From an uncultured Oscillospiraceae bacterium (lineage in GTDB: Bacteria; Bacillota; Clostridia; Oscillospirales; Ruminococcaceae): a DNA stretch of 55,247 bases. Numbering within the stretch: the stretch's first letter is position 1; each line of letters starts with the position of its first letter. The stretch lies in assembly GCA_900543295.1 (NCBI GenBank), contig UQQY01000001.1, forward strand, positions 1 through 55,247, read 5' to 3'. The position numbers and the translations under genes were made by a program. Below the pieces are notes generated by a model that had not been told where the DNA came from, made no database searches, and saw only the letters and a list, made by a program, of their open reading frames with translations. Of the stretch, positions 1 through 10,800 are shown one piece after another.

Positions 1-444
1 ATCTTCAAACGGAAAGACATTGACATCAAGGACGACCAGCGGTCTTTCATCGATCATGGCATAGTATGATACACAGGGAGCGGGAAGCCATGTCTCTTCG
101 TGAGCAAGAATAGGATTCTCCGCTGTATCATATTTTTTCATTTTGAACTGTCGGCTTGTCCACAGAGCAAGATACTGCTCGAATTCCGGATCTCCCGGTT
201 TAAACACCACAGTATTCGCGTTATACTTCTCTTCATCTTGCAATTCGACGAGAAAGAGATGCCTTTGCAAATGAATTTCCGTAATGTCCTGCGCCGCGAT
301 ATTTGCGCCGTACAAATTGGCGAGTTCCCCGAGAGAAACGTCTCTGCTTTCGATTGCCCAGCGAAGCGTCCACGCCGCAGCTATCACGATCGACAGTGTG
401 AGGGGAATAATCGATACTTTCTTTTTCATCTTCTTATACCACAT
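1..444 (-). CDS. Hypothetical protein with N-terminal membrane anchor/signal; partial, runs off the window start; absent from the ORF track
   Basis: Manual minus-strand translation from ATG at 444 (or 429): MWYKKMKKKVSIIPLTLSIVIAAAWTLRWAIESRD..., open with no stop to position 1; its start overlaps the stop of the upstream peptidase-like gene. Confidence 0.7.
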   Translation of the reverse strand, partial: MWYKKMKKKVSIIPLTLSIVIAAAWTLRWAIESRDVSLGELANLYGANIAAQDITEIHLQRHLFLVELQDEEKYNANTVVFKPGDPEFEQYLALWTSRQFKMKKYDTAENPILAHEETWLPAPCVSYYAMIDERPLVVLDVNVFPFED

Positions 445-1684
445 AAAACGCGATCGGCTGGTATGGCATAGCGATGGGTGTAAATCCATCCCAACCCATT
501 TGAGAAGTTAAAATTGCATAGGCTTTGTACACAGTGGACGAACTGTGACAGTCCGCAATAATCAGAGTGTTAACCACATCAATGTACTGATAGCCGAAGA
601 CCGCAACAAAATGATGATCCTCATGATACTTTTTCCCTTCTGGAACATAGATAACCTTTCCATTGATGTATTGTGTTGTTTTATTATAACATGCACTCTG
701 TATCACCGGATGCCCGGCGTTGATTGCCGAAACGATCCAGTTCCAGGAATAGCCGCTACCCAGATAAGTCGCGGCAGACGTCGAATATCCCTTTTCGGCA
801 ACATAGGCCTTTAAGCCGTTATATGCTTTGGGGCCGTTTGTTCCTCCGCCAAGGCCGATCTGCTGAATATCCATTTTGCCTTTTAAATTATCGTAAACCG
901 CTTGACTTGTCGTAAACAGACCGGTTTTTCCTCTGCATTTGCTCCAGTACATGCAGATGTTTGTCCCGCATATGGCTCCGCATCCGTAGCTCTGAGTGCT
1001 CATATTAGTATATGTCGCCAATGTGAGCCCGCCGAAACTGGGGACAAGCTTGGTAATGGTGTTTGCACTCTGTGCGGACATCGTACTGTTTGAAATCGCT
1101 GTCTGCTGTGCAAACGCCTGCTCTTTCGCAGAGACATCGGCCTGATACATTTCTGCGGCTTTGCCGCAGTCAATGAACGCCTGATTGTGATTCATGACGT
1201 CGTAGGCTTCGGCAAGCCCCTCGTCGTTTTCTTCTCCCAGCAGGAAATAGGAGTAGCCGCCCAGGTACAAGACCTTTTCCTTGCCGGAGTTTTCAGAAAC
1301 GGTCGTGGGAAGCTCTCTGATTTCTTTGGCTGCGGGATGCTCTCCGCCAAAACAATAGCAGTCCAGAACCGGCCCGTCCATAGATAAGTCAAGCTGCAGG
1401 TAGCCTGCCGGTTCTCCGTCATTTTCGTACTCGTAGATATAACCGTTCACATTGCCTTCCGGATCGCATAATTCCGTAGTATGCGAAATCTCAGTATCAC
1501 TTGTCCATGTGCATTCCGGTACGTCGCGTATGATAATTTGACGATAGGATTCCTCCTTTTGCGCGGCGCTGTCCTCAACTGTTTCAGCGAGAACAGAGCG
1601 CGCCGGCAGCAGCAAAGCCAGCATGGTCAAGGATAAGAGGATGGAAATCCCGCGTTTCATGAATGTTGTTTTTGCTCTTTTCAT
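434..1684 (-). CDS. Secreted papain-fold cysteine peptidase-like protein (C39-like/C10-like) with N-terminal pro-region
   Basis: Signal peptide (MKRGISILLSLTMLALLLPARSVLA); candidate catalytic Cys in GCGAICG, His in HHFVAVFGY, Asp in IIADCH; RBS AAGGAAGG favours ATG at 1684 over GTG at 1693. Confidence 0.65.
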   Translation of the reverse strand: MKRAKTTFMKRGISILLSLTMLALLLPARSVLAETVEDSAAQKEESYRQIIIRDVPECTWTSDTEISHTTELCDPEGNVNGYIYEYENDGEPAGYLQLDLSMDGPVLDCYCFGGEHPAAKEIRELPTTVSENSGKEKVLYLGGYSYFLLGEENDEGLAEAYDVMNHNQAFIDCGKAAEMYQADVSAKEQAFAQQTAISNSTMSAQSANTITKLVPSFGGLTLATYTNMSTQSYGCGAICGTNICMYWSKCRGKTGLFTTSQAVYDNLKGKMDIQQIGLGGGTNGPKAYNGLKAYVAEKGYSTSAATYLGSGYSWNWIVSAINAGHPVIQSACYNKTTQYINGKVIYVPEGKKYHEDHHFVAVFGYQYIDVVNTLIIADCHSSSTVYKAYAILTSQMGWDGFTPIAMPYQPIAFYVV

Positions 1685-2160
1685 TACTGACACCTTCCTT
1701 AAAATAAAATGACAATCAGTCCCGCATAATAAAATAGAGCTGCTATAGACGTTTCCGCGCGCAGTATACGAAGCGATACGCCCGAGCTGAATCCGAAAAA
1801 TATACCAAAGGAGAATTGTCGATGGAAAAGAGCGGGACGGTCGCGAAAGTCAAAAGAGAACAAGTAGCCATAAAAAATTTTTTATAATGACATCTCTTTG
1901 TTATGATATTCTTATTATAGAAAACGTATTTCCTTAATCAGAATATCATAATAAAAAACAAAAGTCAACATAATTATATGATGTTAAAAATATAAAATTG
2001 TGCTCGTAAATTCACTTTAATAAAATGGAAGATGGAAAGAATATTTCTGTGAATTTTCTGTTCAATCTTTACGCTATCGTTTGCATTCCATATCCATTTC
2101 CGGTATACTGAAAAACAGAAAAATAAAAAGGGGGAAGGCCGCTTTGCAGCGGCCGCAGAA

Positions 2161-2910
2161 ATGAAAGCAAAGGAATGGATGCAGAAGCATCTTCCAAAAA
2201 CAACGAGCGGCTGGATCAAGCTGATCGTTGCCGCCGCAGTAATTGCGCTGATGATCGCAGTGACAATCTGGCTGATTCCGTGGGTTGTTTCTTTAAAGGA
2301 TGAGGCCGGACGTCGGGCATTTGAGCAGTATATTCATGAGAAGGGTGCATGGGGTGTGCTGATTCTGCTGGGGATTCAGATTTTGCAGGTCGTTATCGCC
2401 ATCATTCCAGGGGAACCAATCGAGGTAATAGCCGGACTTTTGTACGGCACTTTCTGGGGATATGTATATTGCACGGCTGGGATGCTCATCGGTACGATTC
2501 TGATTTTTTACGCTGTCCGCTTTTTTGGAAAAAGTGCGATTGAAACATTGGCCGGAAGTCAAAAGCTGGATCGCTTTCGCTTTCTGCACGATACACACCG
2601 GCTGAAGATGGTGACGTTTCTGCTTTTTTTCATTCCGGGCACACCCAAGGATGTGTTAACGTACTTTATGCCGTTGACGAAGATTCGCCCGCTTACGTTT
2701 TTCGTTATCGTCACTGTGGCGCGCATTCCGTCGATTATTTCGTCTACCTTTGCGGGCAGCTCGATTGGAGACGGCAAGTGGCTTCAATCGGTCATTATCT
2801 TTTTGGCGATCGGCGCAGTCGGTCTGCTCGGTATATGGGTCAACGATATTTTGATCAAGCGGCTTGAGGAACGCCGCGCCCATAGGCGGGAACGGAGAAA
2901 TGAAAAATGA
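2161..2910 (+). CDS. TVP38/TMEM64 (DedA/VTT-domain) membrane protein
   Basis: Multiple TM segments; IIPGEPIEVIAGLLYG and FFIPGTPKD motifs typical of the family. Confidence 0.85.
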   Translation: MKAKEWMQKHLPKTTSGWIKLIVAAAVIALMIAVTIWLIPWVVSLKDEAGRRAFEQYIHEKGAWGVLILLGIQILQVVIAIIPGEPIEVIAGLLYGTFWGYVYCTAGMLIGTILIFYAVRFFGKSAIETLAGSQKLDRFRFLHDTHRLKMVTFLLFFIPGTPKDVLTYFMPLTKIRPLTFFVIVTVARIPSIISSTFAGSSIGDGKWLQSVIIFLAIGAVGLLGIWVNDILIKRLEERRAHRRERRNEK

Positions 2911-3644
2911 GCGCATCAGACTGGCATAGAGAAACGCTGTCAAACAGGGCTTGCGTGTATACAAGTTCTTCGCACGCCTTTGGCACCGATGCGTTCCTGC
3001 TGGCGCACTTTGCCGCGCCGCATAAAAGAGAGCGTGTCTGTGATCTCGGCACTGGCTGCGGCATTATTCCGCTGATTTTTGCAAGGGACGATGCTGCTTC
3101 AGAGGTGCTCGGCGTGGAGCTTCAGGAGCAGGGGGCAGCGCAGTTTAAACGGGCAATCGAAGAAACACAGACGAAAACCTTGCTTCGTGCATGTTGTGCG
3201 GATTTGCGCGCGCTTCCTGCCGCGGAAAATGGAAGATATGATCTTGTAACCTGCAATCCGCCGTATAAGGCGGCTGGCCGCGGCATTTTAAGCGGAACAG
3301 ACGCGCAGCAGCTCGCACGCCATGAAACCATGTGCACCTTAAACGATGTGTGCGCCGCCGCAAAACGTCTGCTGCGCTTTGGCGGCCGGCTTTGCATCTG
3401 CCAGCGGCCCGAGCGCCTTGCGGATGCAATGATTACCATGCGTCAAAACGGACTGGAGCCAAAAAGATTACAGCTTGTGTGCCGCGACAAGGATTCCGCG
3501 CCATGGCTCTTTTTGCTGATGGGACAGAAGGGCGCAAAAATGCATTTAAATGTGCTGCCCAATTTTATTCTATATGAAAGTGGACAGTATACCGCGCAGA
3601 CGCGCGCCATGTACGGCGAAAGCTTTCTGCATGACATGAAGTGA
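2907..3644 (+). CDS. SAM-dependent methyltransferase, tRNA1(Val) adenine-37 N6 methyltransferase (YabB/TrmN6-like)
   Basis: FGTDAFLLA, DLGTGCG (motif I), NPPY (motif IV), ARHE; adjacent to rsmI as in the Bacillota yabB-yabC arrangement. Confidence 0.85.
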   Translation: MSASDWHRETLSNRACVYTSSSHAFGTDAFLLAHFAAPHKRERVCDLGTGCGIIPLIFARDDAASEVLGVELQEQGAAQFKRAIEETQTKTLLRACCADLRALPAAENGRYDLVTCNPPYKAAGRGILSGTDAQQLARHETMCTLNDVCAAAKRLLRFGGRLCICQRPERLADAMITMRQNGLEPKRLQLVCRDKDSAPWLFLLMGQKGAKMHLNVLPNFILYESGQYTAQTRAMYGESFLHDMK

Positions 3645-3665
3645 AAAGAAAAGAGGACGCTTATT

Positions 3666-4487
3666 TTGTCACAGCTTTTTGTAGTGGGAACGCCGATCGG
3701 CAATTTGCAGGATTTCAGTCCGCGCGCTGTCGAAACACTGCGTTCTGTCGATTTTATTGCAGCGGAGGATACGCGCGTTACCCTAAAGCTTTTAAACCAT
3801 TTCGAGGTAAAAAAGCCGATGGTCAGCTATTACGAGCATAACCTCCGCGAAAAGGGCGAACTGATTCTCTCTCGGATTCTGGCGGGGGAGACATGCGCCG
3901 TGGTTTCGGACGCCGGAATGCCATGCATCTCCGATCCGGGTGAAGATCTGGTGCGCCTGTGCGCCTCGCACGGTGTGCCGGTTACGGTGATCCCAGGGCC
4001 GAGCGCAGCGGTCTCCGCACTTTCGGTAAGCGGGCTGGTTACCTCACGCTTTACATTCGAGGGCTTTCTTTCTACCAATAAGGCTTCGCGGGCAAAGCAT
4101 CTGGCTTCACTTCAAAGCGAGCGCCGCACCATGATTTTTTACGAGGCGCCGCATAAGCTTTTGTCGACGCTTTCCGATTTGGAGGGAACCTTCGGAGCGG
4201 ATCGCCCGCTTTCTGTCTGCCGCGAGCTTACGAAAATTCATGAAGAGATTCTTCGTACTACCATCGGCGGGGCGCGTACATATTTTACACAGACCGTGCC
4301 AAAAGGGGAGTTTGTCCTGATCGTATCGGGAAAAGAGGAAGAGGATGCGCCTCAGCTCCCGCTTGAAGAGGTCTGCCGGATCGGACGGGAAATGGTGGCA
4401 TCGGGTATGCGGGCGACAGAAGCGGCAAAGGAACTCGCCAAAACGTATGGCTATAAAAAGGCGGATTTGTATAAAGCGCTGCTGTGA
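3666..4487 (+). CDS. rsmI: 16S rRNA (cytidine1402-2'-O)-methyltransferase
   Basis: TPIGNL, AAEDTR, VSDAGMPCISDPG, FYEAPHK, RELTKIHEE motifs; TTG start. Confidence 0.95.
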   Translation: MSQLFVVGTPIGNLQDFSPRAVETLRSVDFIAAEDTRVTLKLLNHFEVKKPMVSYYEHNLREKGELILSRILAGETCAVVSDAGMPCISDPGEDLVRLCASHGVPVTVIPGPSAAVSALSVSGLVTSRFTFEGFLSTNKASRAKHLASLQSERRTMIFYEAPHKLLSTLSDLEGTFGADRPLSVCRELTKIHEEILRTTIGGARTYFTQTVPKGEFVLIVSGKEEEDAPQLPLEEVCRIGREMVASGMRATEAAKELAKTYGYKKADLYKALL

Positions 4488-4592
4488 GCAGGTTCATATG
4501 CCCTTTTTGATTTTATCACAGAACCCACACATTTGTATGCTATGCTAACAAAATAAAAGGAAAATCTGTTTTGAAGGACAGGAGGATGAAGA

Positions 4593-5273
4593 ATGGCACA
4601 TGTTCTGATGGTGGATGATGAAGCGAGAATCCGCGATATTGTAACACAGTACTTAAAATTTGAGGGATATACCTGCGACGAGGCCGCAAATGGAAAGCAG
4701 GCGGTCGAAATGGCTGAGAAAACGGCATATGACCTGATTATTATGGATGTGATGATGCCGTTTATGGATGGCATTACCGCACTGCGCGTGCTCCGTCAAA
4801 GCTCCGCCGTTCCGGTTATCCTTCTTACAGCAAAGGGCGAGGAATACGATAAGGTATTCGGCTTTGAGCTTGGCGCCGACGACTACGTGGTTAAACCCTT
4901 TTCCCCAAAGGAATTGATGGCGCGCGTTAAAGCGATTTTGAAGCGGACGCAGCGTAGTGAAGAAAATGCCGCTGCACAACAGGCGTATACCTATAAAATG
5001 CTTACTGTAAATCCTGTTTCATACGAGGCCTATATCGACGGAAGAAAGCTTTCGCTCACTCCGAAGGAGTTTGAACTGCTGCTCTGCTTTATCAAAAATA
5101 AAGGGGCTGTGCTCACGCGGGAACAGCTTTTAAACGAAGTGTGGGGCTATGACTTTTACGGGGATTCCCGCACGGTTGATACGCATATCAAAATGCTGCG
5201 CAACAATCTGGGCGAATACCGGGAATTGATTAAAACGGTTTGGGGAGTCGGATACCGGTATGACGAAGCCTAA
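4593..5273 (+). CDS. OmpR/PhoB-family response regulator
   Basis: Receiver domain (VDDE, DVMMP, KPF) plus winged helix (LTPKEFELL, RTVDTHIK, TVWGVGY). Confidence 0.95.
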   Translation: MAHVLMVDDEARIRDIVTQYLKFEGYTCDEAANGKQAVEMAEKTAYDLIIMDVMMPFMDGITALRVLRQSSAVPVILLTAKGEEYDKVFGFELGADDYVVKPFSPKELMARVKAILKRTQRSEENAAAQQAYTYKMLTVNPVSYEAYIDGRKLSLTPKEFELLLCFIKNKGAVLTREQLLNEVWGYDFYGDSRTVDTHIKMLRNNLGEYRELIKTVWGVGYRYDEA

Positions 5274-6705
5274 AAAAATCCGTCTGCCGATTCTGCTGAA
5301 AATCTGGCTTGCAATTATGGGCATCGTTGTCGCGGTACTCCTGCTTTTGTGGGGGTTGCAGGTCGTTTTTTTAGAGCAGTATTATGTCGGGTTAAAAAAG
5401 AATGATCTCGCCGTCCTGGCAGACGAGGTCATATCTGAAATTGACGAAAAGGGCGTTTTGCTTTCACAGGAGAAGATGACGGAGCTTGCAGGAAACAATC
5501 ATCTTTGCATTGAGGTTGCTCTGGAATTTGACCACGGCCTTACGGTAGAGGGACTTCCTTATGACTGCTATCTGCATCAGCATGATAAAAGCATGGAGCG
5601 GCTGCTGGTGCAGCAGACCCGCGAGACCCAGACCTCAGAAATTCACCTTTTTCGCAGAAGCGCGACCAAAACCGAATATCTGGTTTCTTCCACATATGCG
5701 TATTCAAGCAGGGAGGACTGTTACTATGTCCTGCTGGTCACGCAGGCTTTGGCGCCTGTTTATGAGGCTGCCGCCGTTACGCGGCAGCAGCTTTTGTGGA
5801 TCTCCGGCATTTTGATTGTGCTGGCAACCGCCGTCGCATTTTTCGTGGCGCGCTCGTTCACAAAGCCAGTGGTGAATCTCTCCAAAGCGGCGCAGGAGAT
5901 TGCGCACGGCAATCTTGACGTAAGCGTTCCCGTCACCAGCGGGGATGAACTGGGTGAGTTGTCGCAGAACTTTAATTATATGGCGTCAGAGCTCAATAAG
6001 ATTAACAAGCTGGAGCGCGAGCTTGTCGCGAATCTGTCGCACGATATCCGCACGCCGCTTACCATGATTCGCGGCTATGCGGAGATGATAAAGGACATCA
6101 CCGGCGACGACAAGATTCAGCGTGAGCAGCAGCTTGACATCATTGTGGATGAGACCAACCATCTAAGCCGGCTTGCAAACGATGCGCTTGATCTTTCCAG
6201 AATGCAGGCTGGTCAAATCGCAATGAAGTACGCTGTTTTTGATGCGGCTCAGCAGATGAGAGATATTATTTCGCGTTATCGCCTGCTCGAGCAGACAGAG
6301 GGCTTTAACTTTGTCTGCAATGCGCCGGAGCACTGTATGGTCTATGCGGATGAAACGCGCATTGAGCAGGTTATCTACAATCTTCTGAACAACGCGGTCA
6401 ATCATATCGGTGAGGAAAAGAACATTACGCTTTCGCTTGTTCCGGAAAAAGAAACGGCATGGATTTCCGTTCAGGATACAGGAAGCGGTATTGCGCCGGA
6501 GGATCTCCCGCTCATATGGGATCGCTATTATAAGCCGTATCACAAAGATCGTCCTGGTATGGGCACAGGACTCGGTCTTTCGATTGTAAAAGCCGTGCTG
6601 GAGGGACATCACGCCCCCTTTGGCGTAGACAGTGCGCTTGGAAAAGGCAGCACGTTCTGGTTCGGGCTTGTCATAGTGTCGAAACCGGACAAAAAGCAAT
6701 CCTAA
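5260..6705 (+). CDS. HAMP-domain sensor histidine kinase
   Basis: Two TM helices, HAMP, H-box SHDIRTPL, N-box NLLNNA, G-boxes DTGSGI and GTGLGL; overlaps the regulator stop. Confidence 0.95.
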   Translation: MTKPKKIRLPILLKIWLAIMGIVVAVLLLLWGLQVVFLEQYYVGLKKNDLAVLADEVISEIDEKGVLLSQEKMTELAGNNHLCIEVALEFDHGLTVEGLPYDCYLHQHDKSMERLLVQQTRETQTSEIHLFRRSATKTEYLVSSTYAYSSREDCYYVLLVTQALAPVYEAAAVTRQQLLWISGILIVLATAVAFFVARSFTKPVVNLSKAAQEIAHGNLDVSVPVTSGDELGELSQNFNYMASELNKINKLERELVANLSHDIRTPLTMIRGYAEMIKDITGDDKIQREQQLDIIVDETNHLSRLANDALDLSRMQAGQIAMKYAVFDAAQQMRDIISRYRLLEQTEGFNFVCNAPEHCMVYADETRIEQVIYNLLNNAVNHIGEEKNITLSLVPEKETAWISVQDTGSGIAPEDLPLIWDRYYKPYHKDRPGMGTGLGLSIVKAVLEGHHAPFGVDSALGKGSTFWFGLVIVSKPDKKQS

Positions 6706-6879
6706 ATTGAATAAGTGAATTCAAATTGCGGGCAAAAAAACGATGTAATTTCATTGTTTTTTTGCCTGTATTTTTGTATAATAAGGCACAGAAGGCCTGA
6801 CTTTGACTGATTGACAGCCCTGCGCAGCGATCAAGTCCTTTCTTCAGGAATACGACACATATAAAAGGAGAATGGCAGA

Positions 6880-7734
6880 GTGGACAAGGCGATACAGAAG
6901 AAAATTGATAATCTGGTTGAAGTGTTAAAACAGACCATAGAGGGAAAATGTGCGATTGCATTGGCCGGCGCGCATGCAAAGGGCACCGCGGATGCCTCCT
7001 CGGATATCGACTTTTACATTTTTGCAGAAGCGGCAAAGCCATATGAAGAGCGCAAAAGTCTGATCCGCTCGGCGGCGGATGCGGGCAGCGAACCATGGAT
7101 TGACGTTTCGTTTGACGCGACGCCGTGGGGCGGAACCATGGATTTCATGTATCAGGGAACGCCCGTGGAAACAACGGCGCGCACGCTTTCCGCGATGGAT
7201 AAGGCGATTGCAGACTGTTTAAACGGCAAATTTGAGATTATTCCCGCAACTTGGACGTCGAACGGCTACTATACCTTTATTTATCTTTGCGAGCTGAGTT
7301 TTATTAAGCCGGTCTGGGATCCGGATGGCATTCTCGCCGCCTATCAAAAGCGGACGGCTGTATACCCGCCGGCTCTGCGCCGATCCATTATCGAAACCTT
7401 CATGGGGCGTGCGAACACGTGGATTGACAACTTCCACTATGAAAGCGCGGTGCGCCGTGCCGACATTCTGTTCACCGCACCGATTGTTCTGCACACGGTT
7501 ATGGACATGATACAGGTGATATTCGCATTGAACCGCATTTATTTTACTGGGGACAAAAAGCTGGAAGCGGCGCTTTCTAAAATGGAATACTGTCCGGCTG
7601 CACTGCTTTCCAATATTTCGTTTTTGATGAGTGCACCGCGTGATTCAGAGCAGCTCGGCTTACAGCGGCAGTTGCTCAGGCAGATTCGCGATGAGCTGTC
7701 CGAAAAAACGGAGGCGGCATACAGAGAAGGCTGA
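6880..7734 (+). CDS. Nucleotidyltransferase-fold protein (DUF4037-like C-terminus)
   Basis: GAHAKG..SSDIDF resembles the pol-beta NTase GS..DxD motif; helical C-terminal domain with FALNRIYF; GTG start with AAGGAG RBS. Confidence 0.65.
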   Translation: MDKAIQKKIDNLVEVLKQTIEGKCAIALAGAHAKGTADASSDIDFYIFAEAAKPYEERKSLIRSAADAGSEPWIDVSFDATPWGGTMDFMYQGTPVETTARTLSAMDKAIADCLNGKFEIIPATWTSNGYYTFIYLCELSFIKPVWDPDGILAAYQKRTAVYPPALRRSIIETFMGRANTWIDNFHYESAVRRADILFTAPIVLHTVMDMIQVIFALNRIYFTGDKKLEAALSKMEYCPAALLSNISFLMSAPRDSEQLGLQRQLLRQIRDELSEKTEAAYREG

Positions 7735-7753
7735 TCCAAATACAAGCAAACAA

Positions 7754-7790
7754 AATCCCCCGCGCAGTTTTTAAAACTGCGCGGGGGATT
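7754..7790. terminator. Bidirectional terminator-like hairpin between convergent genes
   Basis: 18-bp perfect inverted repeat AATCCCCCGCGCAGTTTT/AAAACTGCGCGGGGGATT. Confidence 0.8.
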
Positions 7791-7813
7791 GTTCATACCG
7801 TCACACGTCGGTT

Positions 7814-10800
7814 TTATTTTGTAAAGTATTCCACACCGGAAAGGAAAATTTTCTGATCCTTTTCGCCATAGACATTCTTGCAGATATTCTTGCCCACACG
7901 TTCGCTGTGCGCCATCTTGCCGAATACGCGTCCGTCCGGAGAGGTAATCCCTTCAATCGCCATGTAGCTTTCGTTCGGGTTATATGCGACGTCATAGGTC
8001 GGCTGTCCCGCCAAGTCTACATACTGTGTCGCGATCTGTCCGTTTGCCTTAAGCTGTTCAAACAGATGCGCACTGCAAATAAAGCGGCCTTCGCCGTGCG
8101 AAATCGGCACATTGTAAACCTCGCCGACCTTTGTGTTATACAGCCACGGCGATTTTGTGGAACAGATACGGGTGTTGACCATCATCGACTGATGGCGGCC
8201 GATTGTGTTGAACGTCAGCGTTGGCGAGGCCTCTGTCATATCGCAGATTTTGCCGTATGGAACAAGTCCCAGCTTAATCAGCGCCTGGAAACCGTTGCAG
8301 ATACCGAGCATCAGGCCCTTGCGGATGTCCAGAAGCTCGGATACAGCCTCGCTCACCTGCGGATTGCGGAAGAAGGAAGTAATGAACTTCGCGCTGCCAT
8401 CCGGCTCGTCGCCGCCGGAGAAGCCGCCTGGAATCATAATCATCTGCGCGTTTGCAATCGCGCTTGCAAACGCCGCAACAGATTCTTCGATCTGCGCGCT
8501 TGTAAGGTTTTTGATGACGAAAATCTCAGCTTCCGCACCGGCCTTTTCGAATGCGCGCGCAGTGTCATATTCGCAGTTTGTGCCCGGAAATACCGGAATC
8601 AGCACGCGCGGCTTTGCGAATTTTTTCGGACTGCGCACCAGATTCTTTTTGGACAGGATCGGTACGCGGATCGTCGGACGGCCGACTGCCTGCGGCGCAG
8701 GCTTTACGTTTTTGCTGCGATACGGGAAGACCGGTTCCAGTACGCTTTCATACGCTTCCTGCAACGCGCGCATGTCCACGACTGTCTTCTCCGAGAGAAT
8801 CAAAAGGTATTTGGAAATAGTCGATCCGATTACGCGCAGTCCAGAAAGATCCGCATGGCTGTCAAGCTCTAAGATAAAGCCGCCGTAGACCGGATTGAAC
8901 ATCAGTTCGGCAGGAATCTCTTCGGTAAGCTTCACACCGATGCGGTTGCCCATCGCCATCTTGGCGAGCGCTTCAGATACGCCGCCGAAGGTCAGCGCCG
9001 AGCAGGCGTTGACAACGCCTTTGCCGATGAGTTCTTCCACGCGGTCAAACACGGCCTTTACGCTGTCAAAATCCGGAATACCGTTTTCGTCATACTCCGG
9101 CAGGATAAGCGCCAGCGCGTTGCCGCAGCGTTTGAATTCCTGCGAAACAGCCTTGTCTGCTCTCGTAAGGGATACCGCAAACGAGCAGAGCGTCGGCGGA
9201 ACGTCAATGTGCTCAAACGTGCCGCTCATGGAATCCTTGCCGCCGATGGAGCCAATGCCAAGGGCAGTCTGCGCTTTGTATGCGCCAAGGAGCGCCGCCA
9301 TCGGCTTGCCCCAGCGCTTCGGATCGTTCTGCGTGCGCTCAAAGTATTCCTGGAAGGTGAGCCAGCATTTTTTATAGCTGCCGCCGACGGCAACCGCCTT
9401 TGCAACTGATTCGATCACCGCATACATTGCGCCGTGATACGGGCTTTGCTCGCTGATATACGGGTTAAAGCCCCATGCCATAACGGAACAGGTGTTGGTC
9501 TCGCCGTGCAGAACCGGGATTTTTGCAACCATGCCCTGCGTTGGGGTGAGCTGGTTTTCACCGCCGAACGGCATCAGGACGGTATTCGCGCCGATGGTGG
9601 AGTCAAACCGTTCGGATAAGCCTTTCTGCGAGCAGAGGTTTAAACCGCTCATATGCTCGATGACGCTCTGCGCCGTGACTTCACGGTTGTGAACCGGTTT
9701 AACGGAAGCAGGCTCGATTTCAATGTCGGTATGCTTTACCGCACCATTGGAATTTAAGAAATCGCGGGAGAGATCGACGATTTTTGCGCCGTTCCACTCC
9801 ATCGTCAGACGGTTTGTATCGGTTACGGTTGCAACGTGGGTTGCTTCAATATTTTCTGCAGAGGCGAGCGCAATGAAGCGTTCCATATCGGATGCACGGA
9901 CGACACATGCCATGCGCTCCTGCGACTCGCTGATTGCAAGCTCCGTACCGTCCAGGCCGTCGTACTTTTTCGGAACGCGGTTTAAATCAATATGCAGTCC
10001 GTCCGCAAGTTCGCCGATGGCCACGGATACGCCGCCCGCGCCGAAATCGTTGCAGCGGCGGATCAGACGGGTGACCTCCGGATTGCGGAACAGGCGCTGG
10101 ATTTTCCTCTCCTCCGGCGCGTTGCCCTTCTGTACCTCTGCGCCGCAGGTTTCCAGCGATTCAATTGTATGCGATTTGGAAGAGCCGGTCGCGCCGCCGC
10201 AGCCGTCGCGTCCGGTGCGACCGCCCAACAAAACGACCACATCGCCCGGCTCCGGAACCTCGCGGATGACATTCCCCGCCGGAGCCGCACCCATAACGGC
10301 GCCGATTTCCATGCGCTTTGCCGCATAGCCCTCGTGATAAAGCTCGTGAACCTCGCCGGTTGCAAGACCGATCTGGTTGCCGTAAGAGCTGTAGCCCGCC
10401 GCCGCGCCGGTTACGATTTTACGCTGCGGCAGCTTGCCTTCGATGGTGTCCTCAACGGAGACGAGGGGATTTGCCGCGCCCGTTACGCGCATCGCCTGAT
10501 AGACGTAAGCGCGGCCGGAGAGCGGGTCGCGGATCGCGCCGCCGAGGCACGTTGCCGCGCCGCCAAACGGTTCGATTTCAGTCGGATGGTTGTGCGTCTC
10601 ATTTTTAAACATGAGAAGCCAGTCTTCCTGCACGCCGTCCACGTCAACCTTGATTTTGACGGAACAGGCGTTGATCTCCTCAGATTCGTCGAGGTCAGGA
10701 AGCTTGCCTTCGCTTTTAAGCTGTTTTGCACCGAATACTGCGAGATCCATCAGTGTGACCGGTTTATCGGTACGTCCCTTATACAATACCTCACGCGCCT

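Noticed and set aside
1743..1871. 42-codon minus-strand ORF upstream of the peptidase gene
   Set aside because: No RBS and no recognisable features; probably untranslated leader
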